A stretch of 64,000 nucleotides of DNA, from NCBI GenBank assembly GCA_963771355.1, contig CAVYTA010000006.1, forward strand, positions 2,690,859 through 2,754,858, written 5' to 3'. Positions 35,061 to 43,428 of the stretch are shown piece after piece; the first letter of the stretch is position 1; each line of letters starts with the position of its first letter. The stretch comes from an uncultured Candidatus Rokubacteria bacterium. Lineage in GTDB: Bacteria; Methylomirabilota; Methylomirabilia; Rokubacteriales; CSP1-6. Both the position numbers and the translations under genes were made by a program. The notes under the pieces were generated by a model, which was given only the letters and a program-made list of their open reading frames with translations, had not been told where the DNA came from and ran no database searches.

Positions 35061-35471
35061 CCAGAGAAGGCCGGATGGTCGCCGGCGCGGGGTAACTCGC
35101 GCGGGAGGAAAGTCCGGGCTCCGCAGGGCAGGGTGCTGGCTAACCGCCAGGGGGGGCGACCCCACGGCAGAGTGCCACAGAAAAGAGACCGCCGATCGGC
35201 GCAAGCCGAGCGGTAAGGGTGAAACGGTGAGGTAAGAGCTCACCAGCGGCGCGGGTGACCGTGCCGGCTCGGTAAACCCCACCCGGAGCAAGGTCAAATA
35301 GGAGAGCGATCCCGGTGTCGGGCGCAAGCCTGGCGCATGGGTGAAGCGCGGCCCGCGTGGCGCTCTCGGGTACGGCCGCTTGAGGCGCCGGGTAACCGGC
35401 GTCCTAGAGAAATGACCGTCGGGCTGGGCGAGAGTCCAGCCAACAGGACCCGGCTTACAGGCCTTCTCTGG
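35061..35471 (+). ncRNA. rnpB: RNase P RNA (type A)
   Basis: GAGGAAAGTCCGGGCTC, AGTGCCACAGAAA, GGTAAACCCC..GGAGCAAGG, AACAG.ACCCGGCTTA; P1 CCAGAGAAGGCC pairs with GGCCTTCTCTGG. Confidence 0.98.
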
Positions 35472-36426
35472 ATATTTCATAGGTTACACAGCACCCCCAC
35501 CCGGGAGGTACAGGACTCGGGCCTGTAACCCCGGCCTTTCCACCGTCCCCTATAGGGGGGCGGTTGGAGAGGCGCATCACCGCGTCGACGAGCGCCTGGT
35601 TGACGACGCGCAGGTACAGCGCCGTGGTCGCAATGTCCTCGTGGCCGAGCGCATCCTGCACCTCGCGGATGTTCGCGCCGCGCTCGAGCATCATCGTGGC
35701 GGAGCTATGGTGGAAGCGGTGCGGGATGCAGTCCGAAACGTTGGCGGCCTTGCCCCAGGCCGCCGTCCGCTTCTCGATCATCCGACGGCTCCACCGCATC
35801 CCGGAGCGCTGCTGGATCAGCGGGGCCTTGCGGTTCAGGATGTCGCCGGCAGAGAGCATCCAGTCGCGCACGAGGTCATCGAGTTCGGGAACCACCGGGA
35901 CGACGCGTTCCTTGTCCCCCTTCCCCCGGACGCGGAGCGCCCCGGCCCGGATCCCGTCGCTCAGGCGGATGTTCCCGAGCTGGAGATCGCACACCTCGGT
36001 CACGCGGAGCCCCGCATAGGCGAGGAGCCCCCGGATCACCGCATCGACCCCGGTCAGGTGGAGCGCCATCAGCCGCTCGTGCTCGTCCGGCATGTAAGGC
36101 AGCGGCAGCCGCTTGGGGCGCTTGATCTTCGGTGACTCGTCCACGGGGTTCGCGATCCAGTAGCGCCGCCGCACCCCCCACTTGGCGAACTGGTTGAGGG
36201 TCACGCGCCGCCGGAAGAGCGTGGCCATGCCGAGACCCTTCTTCGAGAGCTCCCGGAGATAGAGCCGGACCAGGGCCTCGTCGAAGTCCAGCACCGTGTC
36301 GGCGCGGTGGAAGGTCGCGAGGGCGACCAGCAGGTTGAGGTCCGACTCATACGCGACGAGCGTGCTCCGGGTCAATGAGACACGAGCGTCCAGTAGGAAT
36401 TGCTGCACGGCGGTTGAGAGTTTCAT
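35455..36426 (-). CDS. Tyrosine recombinase/integrase (XerC-like), possibly inactive
   Basis: GLRVTEV, RGKGDKER, PHRFHHS (HxxR changed to HxxH), LGHEDIATTALY; ATG at 36426. Confidence 0.92.
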   Translation of the reverse strand: MKLSTAVQQFLLDARVSLTRSTLVAYESDLNLLVALATFHRADTVLDFDEALVRLYLRELSKKGLGMATLFRRRVTLNQFAKWGVRRRYWIANPVDESPKIKRPKRLPLPYMPDEHERLMALHLTGVDAVIRGLLAYAGLRVTEVCDLQLGNIRLSDGIRAGALRVRGKGDKERVVPVVPELDDLVRDWMLSAGDILNRKAPLIQQRSGMRWSRRMIEKRTAAWGKAANVSDCIPHRFHHSSATMMLERGANIREVQDALGHEDIATTALYLRVVNQALVDAVMRLSNRPPIGDGGKAGVTGPSPVPPGWGCCVTYEISREGL

Positions 36427-36720
36427 ATGTCGCCACCCCTTACGAAGGCCGTGAGGATGAACGGGGCCGCGATCGGAAGCCGCCGGCCGTAGCTCGGCGA
36501 GCGGGGCGTGCTGCTCCACAACGGGAACAGAATTTGTCTATCGGGAAGAGGAGCGTGGCACGACACCCCGACGTATTACAGAACGATCACTTCTGTTCGG
36601 CGTGCGGAAAACGGTTGCGGTGGGCCTGTACAGGCGCCGCGCGTGACGCACGAGGGCACGATCTATACCGTGACGCGCGAGAAGCTGATCTGCTGCCGGT
36701 GCGGCGATAGCTCGTGGCGG

Positions 36721-36779
36721 GATAAGAAAGAGGCCAGTGATGCTCGTAGCGAGATAAGAAAGAGGCCCAGTGATGCCCG
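36721..36779 (+). repeat. Tandem ~26 bp direct repeat (32 bp period)
   Basis: GATAAGAAAGAGGCCAGTGATGCTCG and GATAAGAAAGAGGCCCAGTGATGCCCG. Confidence 0.85.
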
Positions 36780-36849
36780 GTCCAGTCAGCGATAGTCCCC
36801 TGGGCCATAAGGTCTGGCTCTGGCTCACCACGGACAAAGACGGCTCGAA

Positions 36850-37857
36850 TCAGCGCCGGCCCCGGTACTCCGAGGGCGTTGCGCCCGTCCACCGCCGGAA
36901 CGCGCGGTTGAAGGCGCTGACTTCCGAATAGCCGAGGAGACAGGCGACCTCGGTAAGGGTGTGCTTGCGGTCTCGCAGATAGCTGAGGGAGAAGCGCCGA
37001 CGTGTATCGTCGACCAGGCGCTTGAAATCGAGCCCCTCCTCTCGCAGCCGTCGCTGCAGCGTGCGCCGGCTCATCGCCAGCTTCCGGGCGACCCGCAGGA
37101 GGTCCGGGGCGCCGTCCCGCAGCGATTCCCCGACCGCTCGTCGCACCGCGGCGAGGAGGCCGTCTTCGCGCGGCGCCTCCAGCAGCGCACGCTCGAGATA
37201 TCGCTTCAGGATCGGGTAGAGCCGCTCGTCGGCGGCTGGCACCGGCCGGTCAGCGAACTCCCGCTCGATGACGAACGCGTTCATGGCGGCGCCGAAGGCG
37301 ACCGGGGCCGCGAACACCCGGGCGTGCTCGGCCGGATCGCGTGGGGCGGGATGCGCGAACTGGACCTCGGCGGGGGCCCACTGGCTTCCCGCCATGAGGC
37401 GCAAGACGTTCCGCGCCACCGCCAGGCTGTACTCGTTGTGCTGGCGGAGCGCGGCAATGGAAGGGTCGCTGACCTCGTGTCGGAAGTACGCCCACGCACC
37501 CTCGACAGCGAAGGACGTACGGGCTCCCTCGTTGTGAACGCTGAGATAGCGGGCAATGTTCTCGAAGGCCGTCCCGAAGGTGGGCGAGTTCAGCGCCAGG
37601 TAGGTCACGGGGCCCACGTTCTTCGGGTTGTAGCGCTCGCCGAAGTGCAGCCCGAAGCACGCGTCGCCGGTTGCCTCCGCCGCCGCCTCGAGGAGGCGGG
37701 CGAACGTCGCGCAGACAATGACCCCGTGCGGGTCGCTGACGTCGCGCCGACGAAGCCCGAGGGAGCGCAGGACCTGATCGGGGTCGCCACCTTTCGCCGC
37801 GATTGCGTCGATCAGGCCAGTCGCCGCGGACAGAGAGATCGTCGGAGCCGTGCGCAT
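36850..37857 (-). CDS. AraC-family regulator with Arabinose_bd_2-type N-terminal domain
   Basis: ATGDACFGLHFG, V-x-F-x-H, MSRRTLQRRL, LGYSEVSAFNRAFRRWTG-x-TP. Confidence 0.92.
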   Translation of the reverse strand: MRTAPTISLSAATGLIDAIAAKGGDPDQVLRSLGLRRRDVSDPHGVIVCATFARLLEAAAEATGDACFGLHFGERYNPKNVGPVTYLALNSPTFGTAFENIARYLSVHNEGARTSFAVEGAWAYFRHEVSDPSIAALRQHNEYSLAVARNVLRLMAGSQWAPAEVQFAHPAPRDPAEHARVFAAPVAFGAAMNAFVIEREFADRPVPAADERLYPILKRYLERALLEAPREDGLLAAVRRAVGESLRDGAPDLLRVARKLAMSRRTLQRRLREEGLDFKRLVDDTRRRFSLSYLRDRKHTLTEVACLLGYSEVSAFNRAFRRWTGATPSEYRGRR

Positions 37858-38050
37858 GCGCTCTGTACCGTGCGTACCCAAGTGTCAAGAGAATGGCGCG
37901 AGATGTCAAGACAGCCCCGCTCGGTCCCTGGGATAGTGGTTCACAGTTTCGCAAACGCAGGAGTCAAGGAACGGTGGATCGAGAACAAGTGGAAGACGCG
38001 GGCCGCGATATGACCGATGCTGTGGCTCGATATCCTGCTCACCATCCTCA

Positions 38051-38359
38051 TTGGGGGCGGCACTGTGTCTCCATGTCTTCTACTCGAACGTCGTCATCGC
38101 ATACATCGATGCCGACCAGCTCATCCTGAACTTTATTGACTACAACCCGAAGGCCACAGATCCGACGAACCCGGCGGATACTCGGCCCGAGGTAGCGACT
38201 CAGGCGGAAATGCTGGCCGCGCCGACTTCGTGGTGGCTCATGCTGAGCGTTTGGGTGGGCGCTTTAGTCGCGTCCGCTCTCTTGTGGGCGTTGGTGTACT
38301 GGTACGTCGTGAGGCCGGTGGCAAGGTTCATCGCCGTGTGGGCAAGGTTCGCCGGCTGA
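38051..38359 (+). CDS. Small hypothetical membrane protein (5' part possibly frameshifted, ATG 38017)
   Basis: Hydrophobic C-terminal segment; its TGA overlaps the ATG of the SLOG gene. Confidence 0.35.
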   Translation: MGAALCLHVFYSNVVIAYIDADQLILNFIDYNPKATDPTNPADTRPEVATQAEMLAAPTSWWLMLSVWVGALVASALLWALVYWYVVRPVARFIAVWARFAG

Positions 38360-38769
38360 TGCGCGTCCTCGTGACGGGAGGCCGCGACTACGGCGAATCT
38401 GACGATGATGAAACGGGCTATCTCTGGGGACTCCTCGATGGCGTGCATGCGATCAAGCCGATCACCGCGCTGATTCATGGGGCGCATCGGAAGGGTGCTG
38501 ACGCCTTGGCGGATCAGTGGGGAAATAAACGGCTTGTTGCCGTTCTCCGTTTCCCTGCGCACTGGGATCATACCCCGCGGTGTGAACCTGGCTGTTCGCG
38601 TCAGACGGGCGGTGCGGCTGGGCCGATCCGTAACGAGCGGATGATCGACGAGGCCAAGACGGATGTTGCGATTGCGTTTCCCGGTGGTGACGGGACGCTG
38701 GATACGGTGACGCGAGCGCGGCACGGGAAGGTGCTCGTCATCGACGCTGATAGCGAGACAAAGCGATGA
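38359..38769 (+). CDS. SLOG-superfamily protein (DUF2493 / cpYpsA-related)
   Basis: MRVLVTGGRDY, IHG..KGADALA, AGPIRNERM, AFPGG-x-GT. Confidence 0.85.
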   Translation: MRVLVTGGRDYGESDDDETGYLWGLLDGVHAIKPITALIHGAHRKGADALADQWGNKRLVAVLRFPAHWDHTPRCEPGCSRQTGGAAGPIRNERMIDEAKTDVAIAFPGGDGTLDTVTRARHGKVLVIDADSETKR

Positions 38770-39086
38770 CGCGCTCCCAGGACTTTCTGACGCCGCTCGC
38801 TCGAGCGGAGCGACTGCTCGCGGTGCGACTGGCGACGCTCGAGCGGGATCTCGAGACGGATCCGGAGAAGTGGGGGCCGGCGATGTGGGACGCGTATCTT
38901 CACGCCCTCGATGTCTACCTCCGTGTGCTTCAGCGCGTTGCGCCGGATCCGCTGCTGACGACCGCGCAGGTCGCTGAGCGCTTCGGCGTGTCGCCGCGGA
39001 CGATTCGTCGGCGACAAGCGAAAGGGGAGCTCGAGCCGGCGGTGAACGGGCGGGGTCGGGGTGGATCCCGGTGGGGCACGTCGTGA
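38766..39086 (+). CDS. Excisionase/MerR-like HTH DNA-binding protein
   Basis: LLTTAQVAERFGVSPRTIRR..GEL; ATGA overlap with the SLOG gene. Confidence 0.72.
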   Translation: MTRSQDFLTPLARAERLLAVRLATLERDLETDPEKWGPAMWDAYLHALDVYLRVLQRVAPDPLLTTAQVAERFGVSPRTIRRRQAKGELEPAVNGRGRGGSRWGTS

Positions 39087-39463
39087 TTGATAAGTCTTCT
39101 GATACGTCAGACGCGCTCGATACGTCAGACGCGCTTGATCTTCAGCGATTGGGTCTCTTGACCCTTGCGGCGATGGACATGAGCACGGATCGGATCATTC
39201 AGCTCAGCCAATCGCGGCGCGGAGTCTACCGGGTCGACGTGATGGCGCACGAATTTCACCACACTTCGCGCTCGGCGATTTCCTTGCTCGACGCCATGGA
39301 CAACGCGTGCGACTGGCTCCGCCGGATGGCGAAGCCCTTGGGGCCGGCGAACATGGTTCTTCAATTCGGTCGTCGAGCTCGTCGAGCTCGAGTTGGGCTG
39401 GGTAGCGCTTTCCAGTTCACTAAGGACACGTTCGGCGGCTACCACGACCCGGGGGGCGCATGA
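39071..39463 (+). CDS. Hypothetical protein
   Basis: Open frame following the HTH gene, with an 18 bp tandem repeat at 39101-39136; no recognisable motif. Confidence 0.3.
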   Translation: MGHVVIDKSSDTSDALDTSDALDLQRLGLLTLAAMDMSTDRIIQLSQSRRGVYRVDVMAHEFHHTSRSAISLLDAMDNACDWLRRMAKPLGPANMVLQFGRRARRARVGLGSAFQFTKDTFGGYHDPGGA

Positions 39464-39519
39464 TCCGCTGGTACGAGGGGCGAGCGCGCCGAGGGTCAAG
39501 GGGTCAGGCCCGCAACCAC

Positions 39520-39856
39520 AAGCGGTAGAGGCCGCCGAGGACTGGATGATGATCCACGGATTCGTGTGGACCGGCAAGGTGATGAGCGGGGCGCGGCTGG
39601 TAAAGGTCTCCCCGGCCGTCAGGGACAGGATGATTCCCGTCGTGGCGTCCTTCACGCTCGCGTGCGCTAGGGCGGCTTGCAAGGTGGGGAAGTCCTTCCC
39701 GGCCCCAACCGTCTTCGTCACGTAGCCGGTCATGTCGGGCATCGCCGTGTCCACCCACGCGCGCGGAAGTTCGGGGAGCGCCATCAGGTCCGCTTCACGT
39801 AGAGACCGGAGACGGCCGCGAGCAAGAGGACCACAAACCCTGTGCGGATCATCATC
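39520..39856 (-). pseudogene. Fragment of a secreted pectin-lyase-like / beta-helix protein N-terminus
   Basis: Signal-peptide-like MMIRTGFVVLLLAAV ending in a stop, then PELPRAWVDT-x-MP...LQAAL...LTAGETFT...WIIIQSS; similarity is lost afterwards. Confidence 0.45.
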
Positions 39857-40211
39857 GCTAAGGTCTCCTATACCGCCAGAGTTCGGCTTTCCCGCCCGAC
39901 GATCCGCCGGCGGGGCCGTAGGTTGAGATCGCGCGCACCCCGCCGCAGTAGCCCGTCGGCCCGTCGCAGAAAAGGCTCCACCACACGATGCCCGGCGTCA
40001 CTGGGCGGTCTCCGATGACCGGGGAGGGGAAGGGGGTGCTTACACGTCCGGCCTTTACGTGCAGGACTTCCCATGAGGTCCAGTCCCCGGCTTACAGGCC
40101 TCCCCCCGCAACCAACGAGTCACTTGACTCGACCCCCCGCAGCCGGTTATCCCTGTCGAACCGAGACCGCCGGGACCCGTTGCCCCGAGCGCCGGAGGGG
40201 AAAGTGAGATC

Positions 40212-42005
40212 ATGATGACCGAAGACGCGCTGCGGGAGCTCATCGGACAGGTCCGCAGGGGAATGGTCAGCCGCCGGCAGTTCATGGAGACCATGCTGGC
40301 CCTGGGGGTGACGGCTCCCCTGGCCGCCCAGGCCCTGTCCGCCGGCGGCGCGGAAGCCCAGCGCCCGGCCCCGCCCGCCTTCGTGCCGACGCGGCGCGGC
40401 GGGGGCGGTGACCTCAAGATCCTCATGTGGGATGCGCCCACGATGCTGAATCCCCACTTCGGGCGCGGGCTCCGCGACCTGACCGCCTCACGCCTCTTCT
40501 ACGAGCCCCTGGCCGCGCCGCAGGGCGACGGCACCTTCGCCCCCGTGCTCGCGGAGGAATTGCCCACGCTCAAGAACGGCGGCATCGCGAAGGACGGCCG
40601 CTGGGTGCTGTGGCGGCTCAAGAAGAACGTCACCTGGCACGACGGGGCGCCCTTCACCGCCGACGACGTGATCTTCAACTGGCAGTTCGCCACCGATCCC
40701 GGCACCGCCGCCTCCACCCGCCCCGGCTTCCTCGAAGTGTCCCGGGTGGACAAGATCGACGCGCACACCGTGAAGGTGGTGTTCGAGAAGCCGCAGCCCT
40801 TCTGGGCGGTGGTCTTCGCGGGCGGCGGCCTCATCCCGCGCCACGTGTTCGAGTCGGTCAAGGGCGCGGGGGCGCGCGAGGCGGTGGGCATGATCAAGTC
40901 GGTGGGGACCGGGCCCTACCGGCTCGTCGAGTTCCGGACCGGCGACGTGATCCGTGCCGAGCTCAACCCCACCTACCACGTGCCCAACCGGCCCTACTTC
41001 GACCGCCTCGAGATCAAGTGCGGCGGCGACTCCGCCGGCGCCGCCCGCGCCGTCCTCCAGACCGGCGAGTACGACTTCGCCTACTACGTGCTGGTGGAGG
41101 AGGAAGTGCTGAAGCGCATCGAGGCCGGCGGCAAGGGGCGGGTGCTCACCATCCCCTCCAGCGGGGTCAGCCATATCCAGCTCAACCAGACCGATCCCGT
41201 GACCGAGGTGGACGGGGAGCGCTCGAGCCTCAAGGCGCCGCATCCCTGCCTCACCAATCCCGCCGTCCGCGCGGCGGTCTCCCTGCTGGTGGACCGCCAG
41301 AACATCCAGGACCATCTCGTCGGCCGCACCGGGCAAATCGCGGTGAACTTCCTCAACTCGCCCGAGCGGTTCCGGTCGACCAACACCACCTGGGAATTCA
41401 ATCCGGAGAAGGCCAGCGCGCTGCTGGACGGCGCCGGCTGGACACGCGGCGGGGACGGGATCCGGGCCAAGGACGGCAAGCGGCTGCGACTCGTGTTCCA
41501 GGCCACCGCCAACACCACCGTGCAGAAGCTCCAGGCGGTGGTGAAGCAGACGGCGGCGCGCGCGGGCATCGAGATCGAGATCAAGGCCGTCCCCGCCCAG
41601 GTCTACTTCTCCGCCGACATGTCGAACCCGGACGCCTACCCGCGCTTCCTCGCGGACCTGCAGACCTACACCACCTTCACCGGCCTCGACCCGCAGTTCT
41701 TCATGGCGCAGTTCATCACCTCCGAGATCCCCACCAAGGAGAACAAGTGGACGGGGCGAAACATCACGCGCTGGCGGAATCCCGAGTACGACCGCACCTG
41801 GGCCGCCGCCGAGCACGAGATGGATCCCGTCAAGCGGACGGCGCTCTTCATCCGCATGAACGATCTCGTGGTGCAGAGCGGGGTCATCATCCCGGTCACG
41901 TGGCGGAACGTGATCCACGCCGCCGCCAACAATCTGGCCGGGGTGGATCCCAATAGCTGGGATTCGATCTTCGGGAGCATCGCCTACTGGTACCGGCCGA
42001 GCTGA
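40212..42005 (+). CDS. Peptide ABC transporter substrate-binding protein (family 5), Tat-like signal
   Basis: SRRQF motif, WHDGAPFTADDV, GTGPY, NP-x-VR-x-A. Confidence 0.9.
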   Translation: MMTEDALRELIGQVRRGMVSRRQFMETMLALGVTAPLAAQALSAGGAEAQRPAPPAFVPTRRGGGGDLKILMWDAPTMLNPHFGRGLRDLTASRLFYEPLAAPQGDGTFAPVLAEELPTLKNGGIAKDGRWVLWRLKKNVTWHDGAPFTADDVIFNWQFATDPGTAASTRPGFLEVSRVDKIDAHTVKVVFEKPQPFWAVVFAGGGLIPRHVFESVKGAGAREAVGMIKSVGTGPYRLVEFRTGDVIRAELNPTYHVPNRPYFDRLEIKCGGDSAGAARAVLQTGEYDFAYYVLVEEEVLKRIEAGGKGRVLTIPSSGVSHIQLNQTDPVTEVDGERSSLKAPHPCLTNPAVRAAVSLLVDRQNIQDHLVGRTGQIAVNFLNSPERFRSTNTTWEFNPEKASALLDGAGWTRGGDGIRAKDGKRLRLVFQATANTTVQKLQAVVKQTAARAGIEIEIKAVPAQVYFSADMSNPDAYPRFLADLQTYTTFTGLDPQFFMAQFITSEIPTKENKWTGRNITRWRNPEYDRTWAAAEHEMDPVKRTALFIRMNDLVVQSGVIIPVTWRNVIHAAANNLAGVDPNSWDSIFGSIAYWYRPS

Positions 42006-42029
42006 GCCGCCTCCGGCGGCGTCCCGCGT

Positions 42030-42641
42030 TCACCGCCCGCCGCGGCTGACCCAGGGATTGCCCCGCACCCAGAAGCGCCAGGGCCGCCCCGCCCACTCCC
42101 CCGCGTAGTCGATGCCGACGCGCCGCCCTCGCGCGACGGCGCTCCGGGCGACCCGGCGGGGGCCCTCTTCCAGCCACACGTCCTCGCCCCGGAGATCGGC
42201 GCGATCGTGGGAGCGGGTGATCCCCAGCGCCACGCAGAGCCGCCCCGGTCCATTGGTGAGCTCGCGGTCCGTGCGGCCCGGCCGGCGCCGGCGCATGAGG
42301 GCCAGCCCCTCCACCGGCTCCAGCGCGCGGATCAGCACCGCGTGCGGCACGTCGGCGACGTTGGTCACCACGTTGAACTGGTGGTACATGCCGTAGACGA
42401 AGTACACGTAGGCGGTGCCGCCGGGCCCGTACATGGTCTCGGTGCGCCGCGTGCGCCGTCCATTCCACGCATGCGACGCGCGATCCTCGGGCGCGCGATA
42501 CGCCTCCGTCTCCACGATGATGCCGGCCACGCGGGCGCCGCCGCGCGCCGGCACCACCAGGACCTTCCCCAGCAAGTCGCGCGCGACGGCGAGGACGTCC
42601 GCACGGGCGTAGAAGGCGAGCGGAAGTCGGCCCGCGGGCAG
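42030..42641 (-). CDS. DNA-3-methyladenine glycosylase (MPG/AAG family); start probably CTG 42641
   Basis: VARDLLG, IVETEAY, AYVYFVYGMY, AVLIRALEP, NGPGRL, RVGI. Confidence 0.92.
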   Translation of the reverse strand: MPAGRLPLAFYARADVLAVARDLLGKVLVVPARGGARVAGIIVETEAYRAPEDRASHAWNGRRTRRTETMYGPGGTAYVYFVYGMYHQFNVVTNVADVPHAVLIRALEPVEGLALMRRRRPGRTDRELTNGPGRLCVALGITRSHDRADLRGEDVWLEEGPRRVARSAVARGRRVGIDYAGEWAGRPWRFWVRGNPWVSRGGR

Positions 42642-42643
42642 CG

Positions 42644-43345
42644 CTACTCCTCCACCAGCGCCACCACGCGCGCGGGGGCGGACTCCGTCTTCCACTTGGC
42701 GGGGAGCGCGATCACCCTCACCCGGGAGGGGATCTGGTCGAGATTGATGAGGTTCTCGATCTGGAAGACCACCCGCGGCAGGATCGTCCGGTGCACGCGC
42801 ATCCCGCTGCCGAGGATCTCGTCCGCACGGCCGTAGTCGGCGCCCTTCTCCTCCTGGGCGAAGTCGTAGCCCAGCACGGCCGGCCGCCGCGCCACCAGCC
42901 ACTCGGCGGCGTCCTTCGTCAGGCAAGGCGAGTCGTCCCACCACGCGGGGTCCGTGGTCACGTGCCCCCGCGGCCAGTCGGTGCGGAGGAAGAGCATGCC
43001 GCCGGGCTCGATGCGGATGCCCTGGGCGGCCAGCGCGCGCTCCGCGCGGTCGAGGTCCTCGGGCGTGATGCGGGCCCGGGCGTGGCCCTTGAAGGTGAGG
43101 TCCATCACCACCGCCTCGCCCATCATGGACTCCAGCGGCAGGGCTTCCACGCTCGGCTGGTCGCGAAAGAAGTGATGGGGGGAGTCGATGTGAGTGCCCG
43201 CGTGCACGGTCATCTCGACCATATTGGACACGAAGCCCTTGTCCTCCCACCGCACGATGGGGCGGATCTTGAAGTAGGCCTCCTCCTTGGCAAAGGGGGT
43301 CGAGTCGCATTCCTCCACCGTCATGCTGAGGTCCACGAGGCGCAT
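42644..43345 (-). CDS. Cyclase family protein (kynurenine formamidase-like)
   Basis: HAGTHIDSPHH, IENLINL, ESAPARVVA. Confidence 0.9.
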   Translation of the reverse strand: MRLVDLSMTVEECDSTPFAKEEAYFKIRPIVRWEDKGFVSNMVEMTVHAGTHIDSPHHFFRDQPSVEALPLESMMGEAVVMDLTFKGHARARITPEDLDRAERALAAQGIRIEPGGMLFLRTDWPRGHVTTDPAWWDDSPCLTKDAAEWLVARRPAVLGYDFAQEEKGADYGRADEILGSGMRVHRTILPRVVFQIENLINLDQIPSRVRVIALPAKWKTESAPARVVALVEE

Positions 43346-43428
43346 GGGGTCTCCTTCCTGACTTGGCGTCGGTTCCGCGATACTATACCGCCCTGACCAC
43401 GAGCGCGCGCACGCGCGGGAGGCCGCCC

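Larger units (their letters stand above)
35449..40101. mobile_element. Integrative element / prophage-like remnant integrated at the rnpB 3' end
   Basis: 16 bp direct repeat CCCGGCTTACAGGCCT at 35449-35464 and 40086-40101; tyrosine integrase at the left end; excisionase-like HTH and SLOG genes inside. Confidence 0.78.

Noticed and set aside
39101..39139. 18 bp tandem repeat GATACGTCAGACGCGCT(C/T)
   Set aside because: Only two adjacent units with no spacer; a simple slippage duplication
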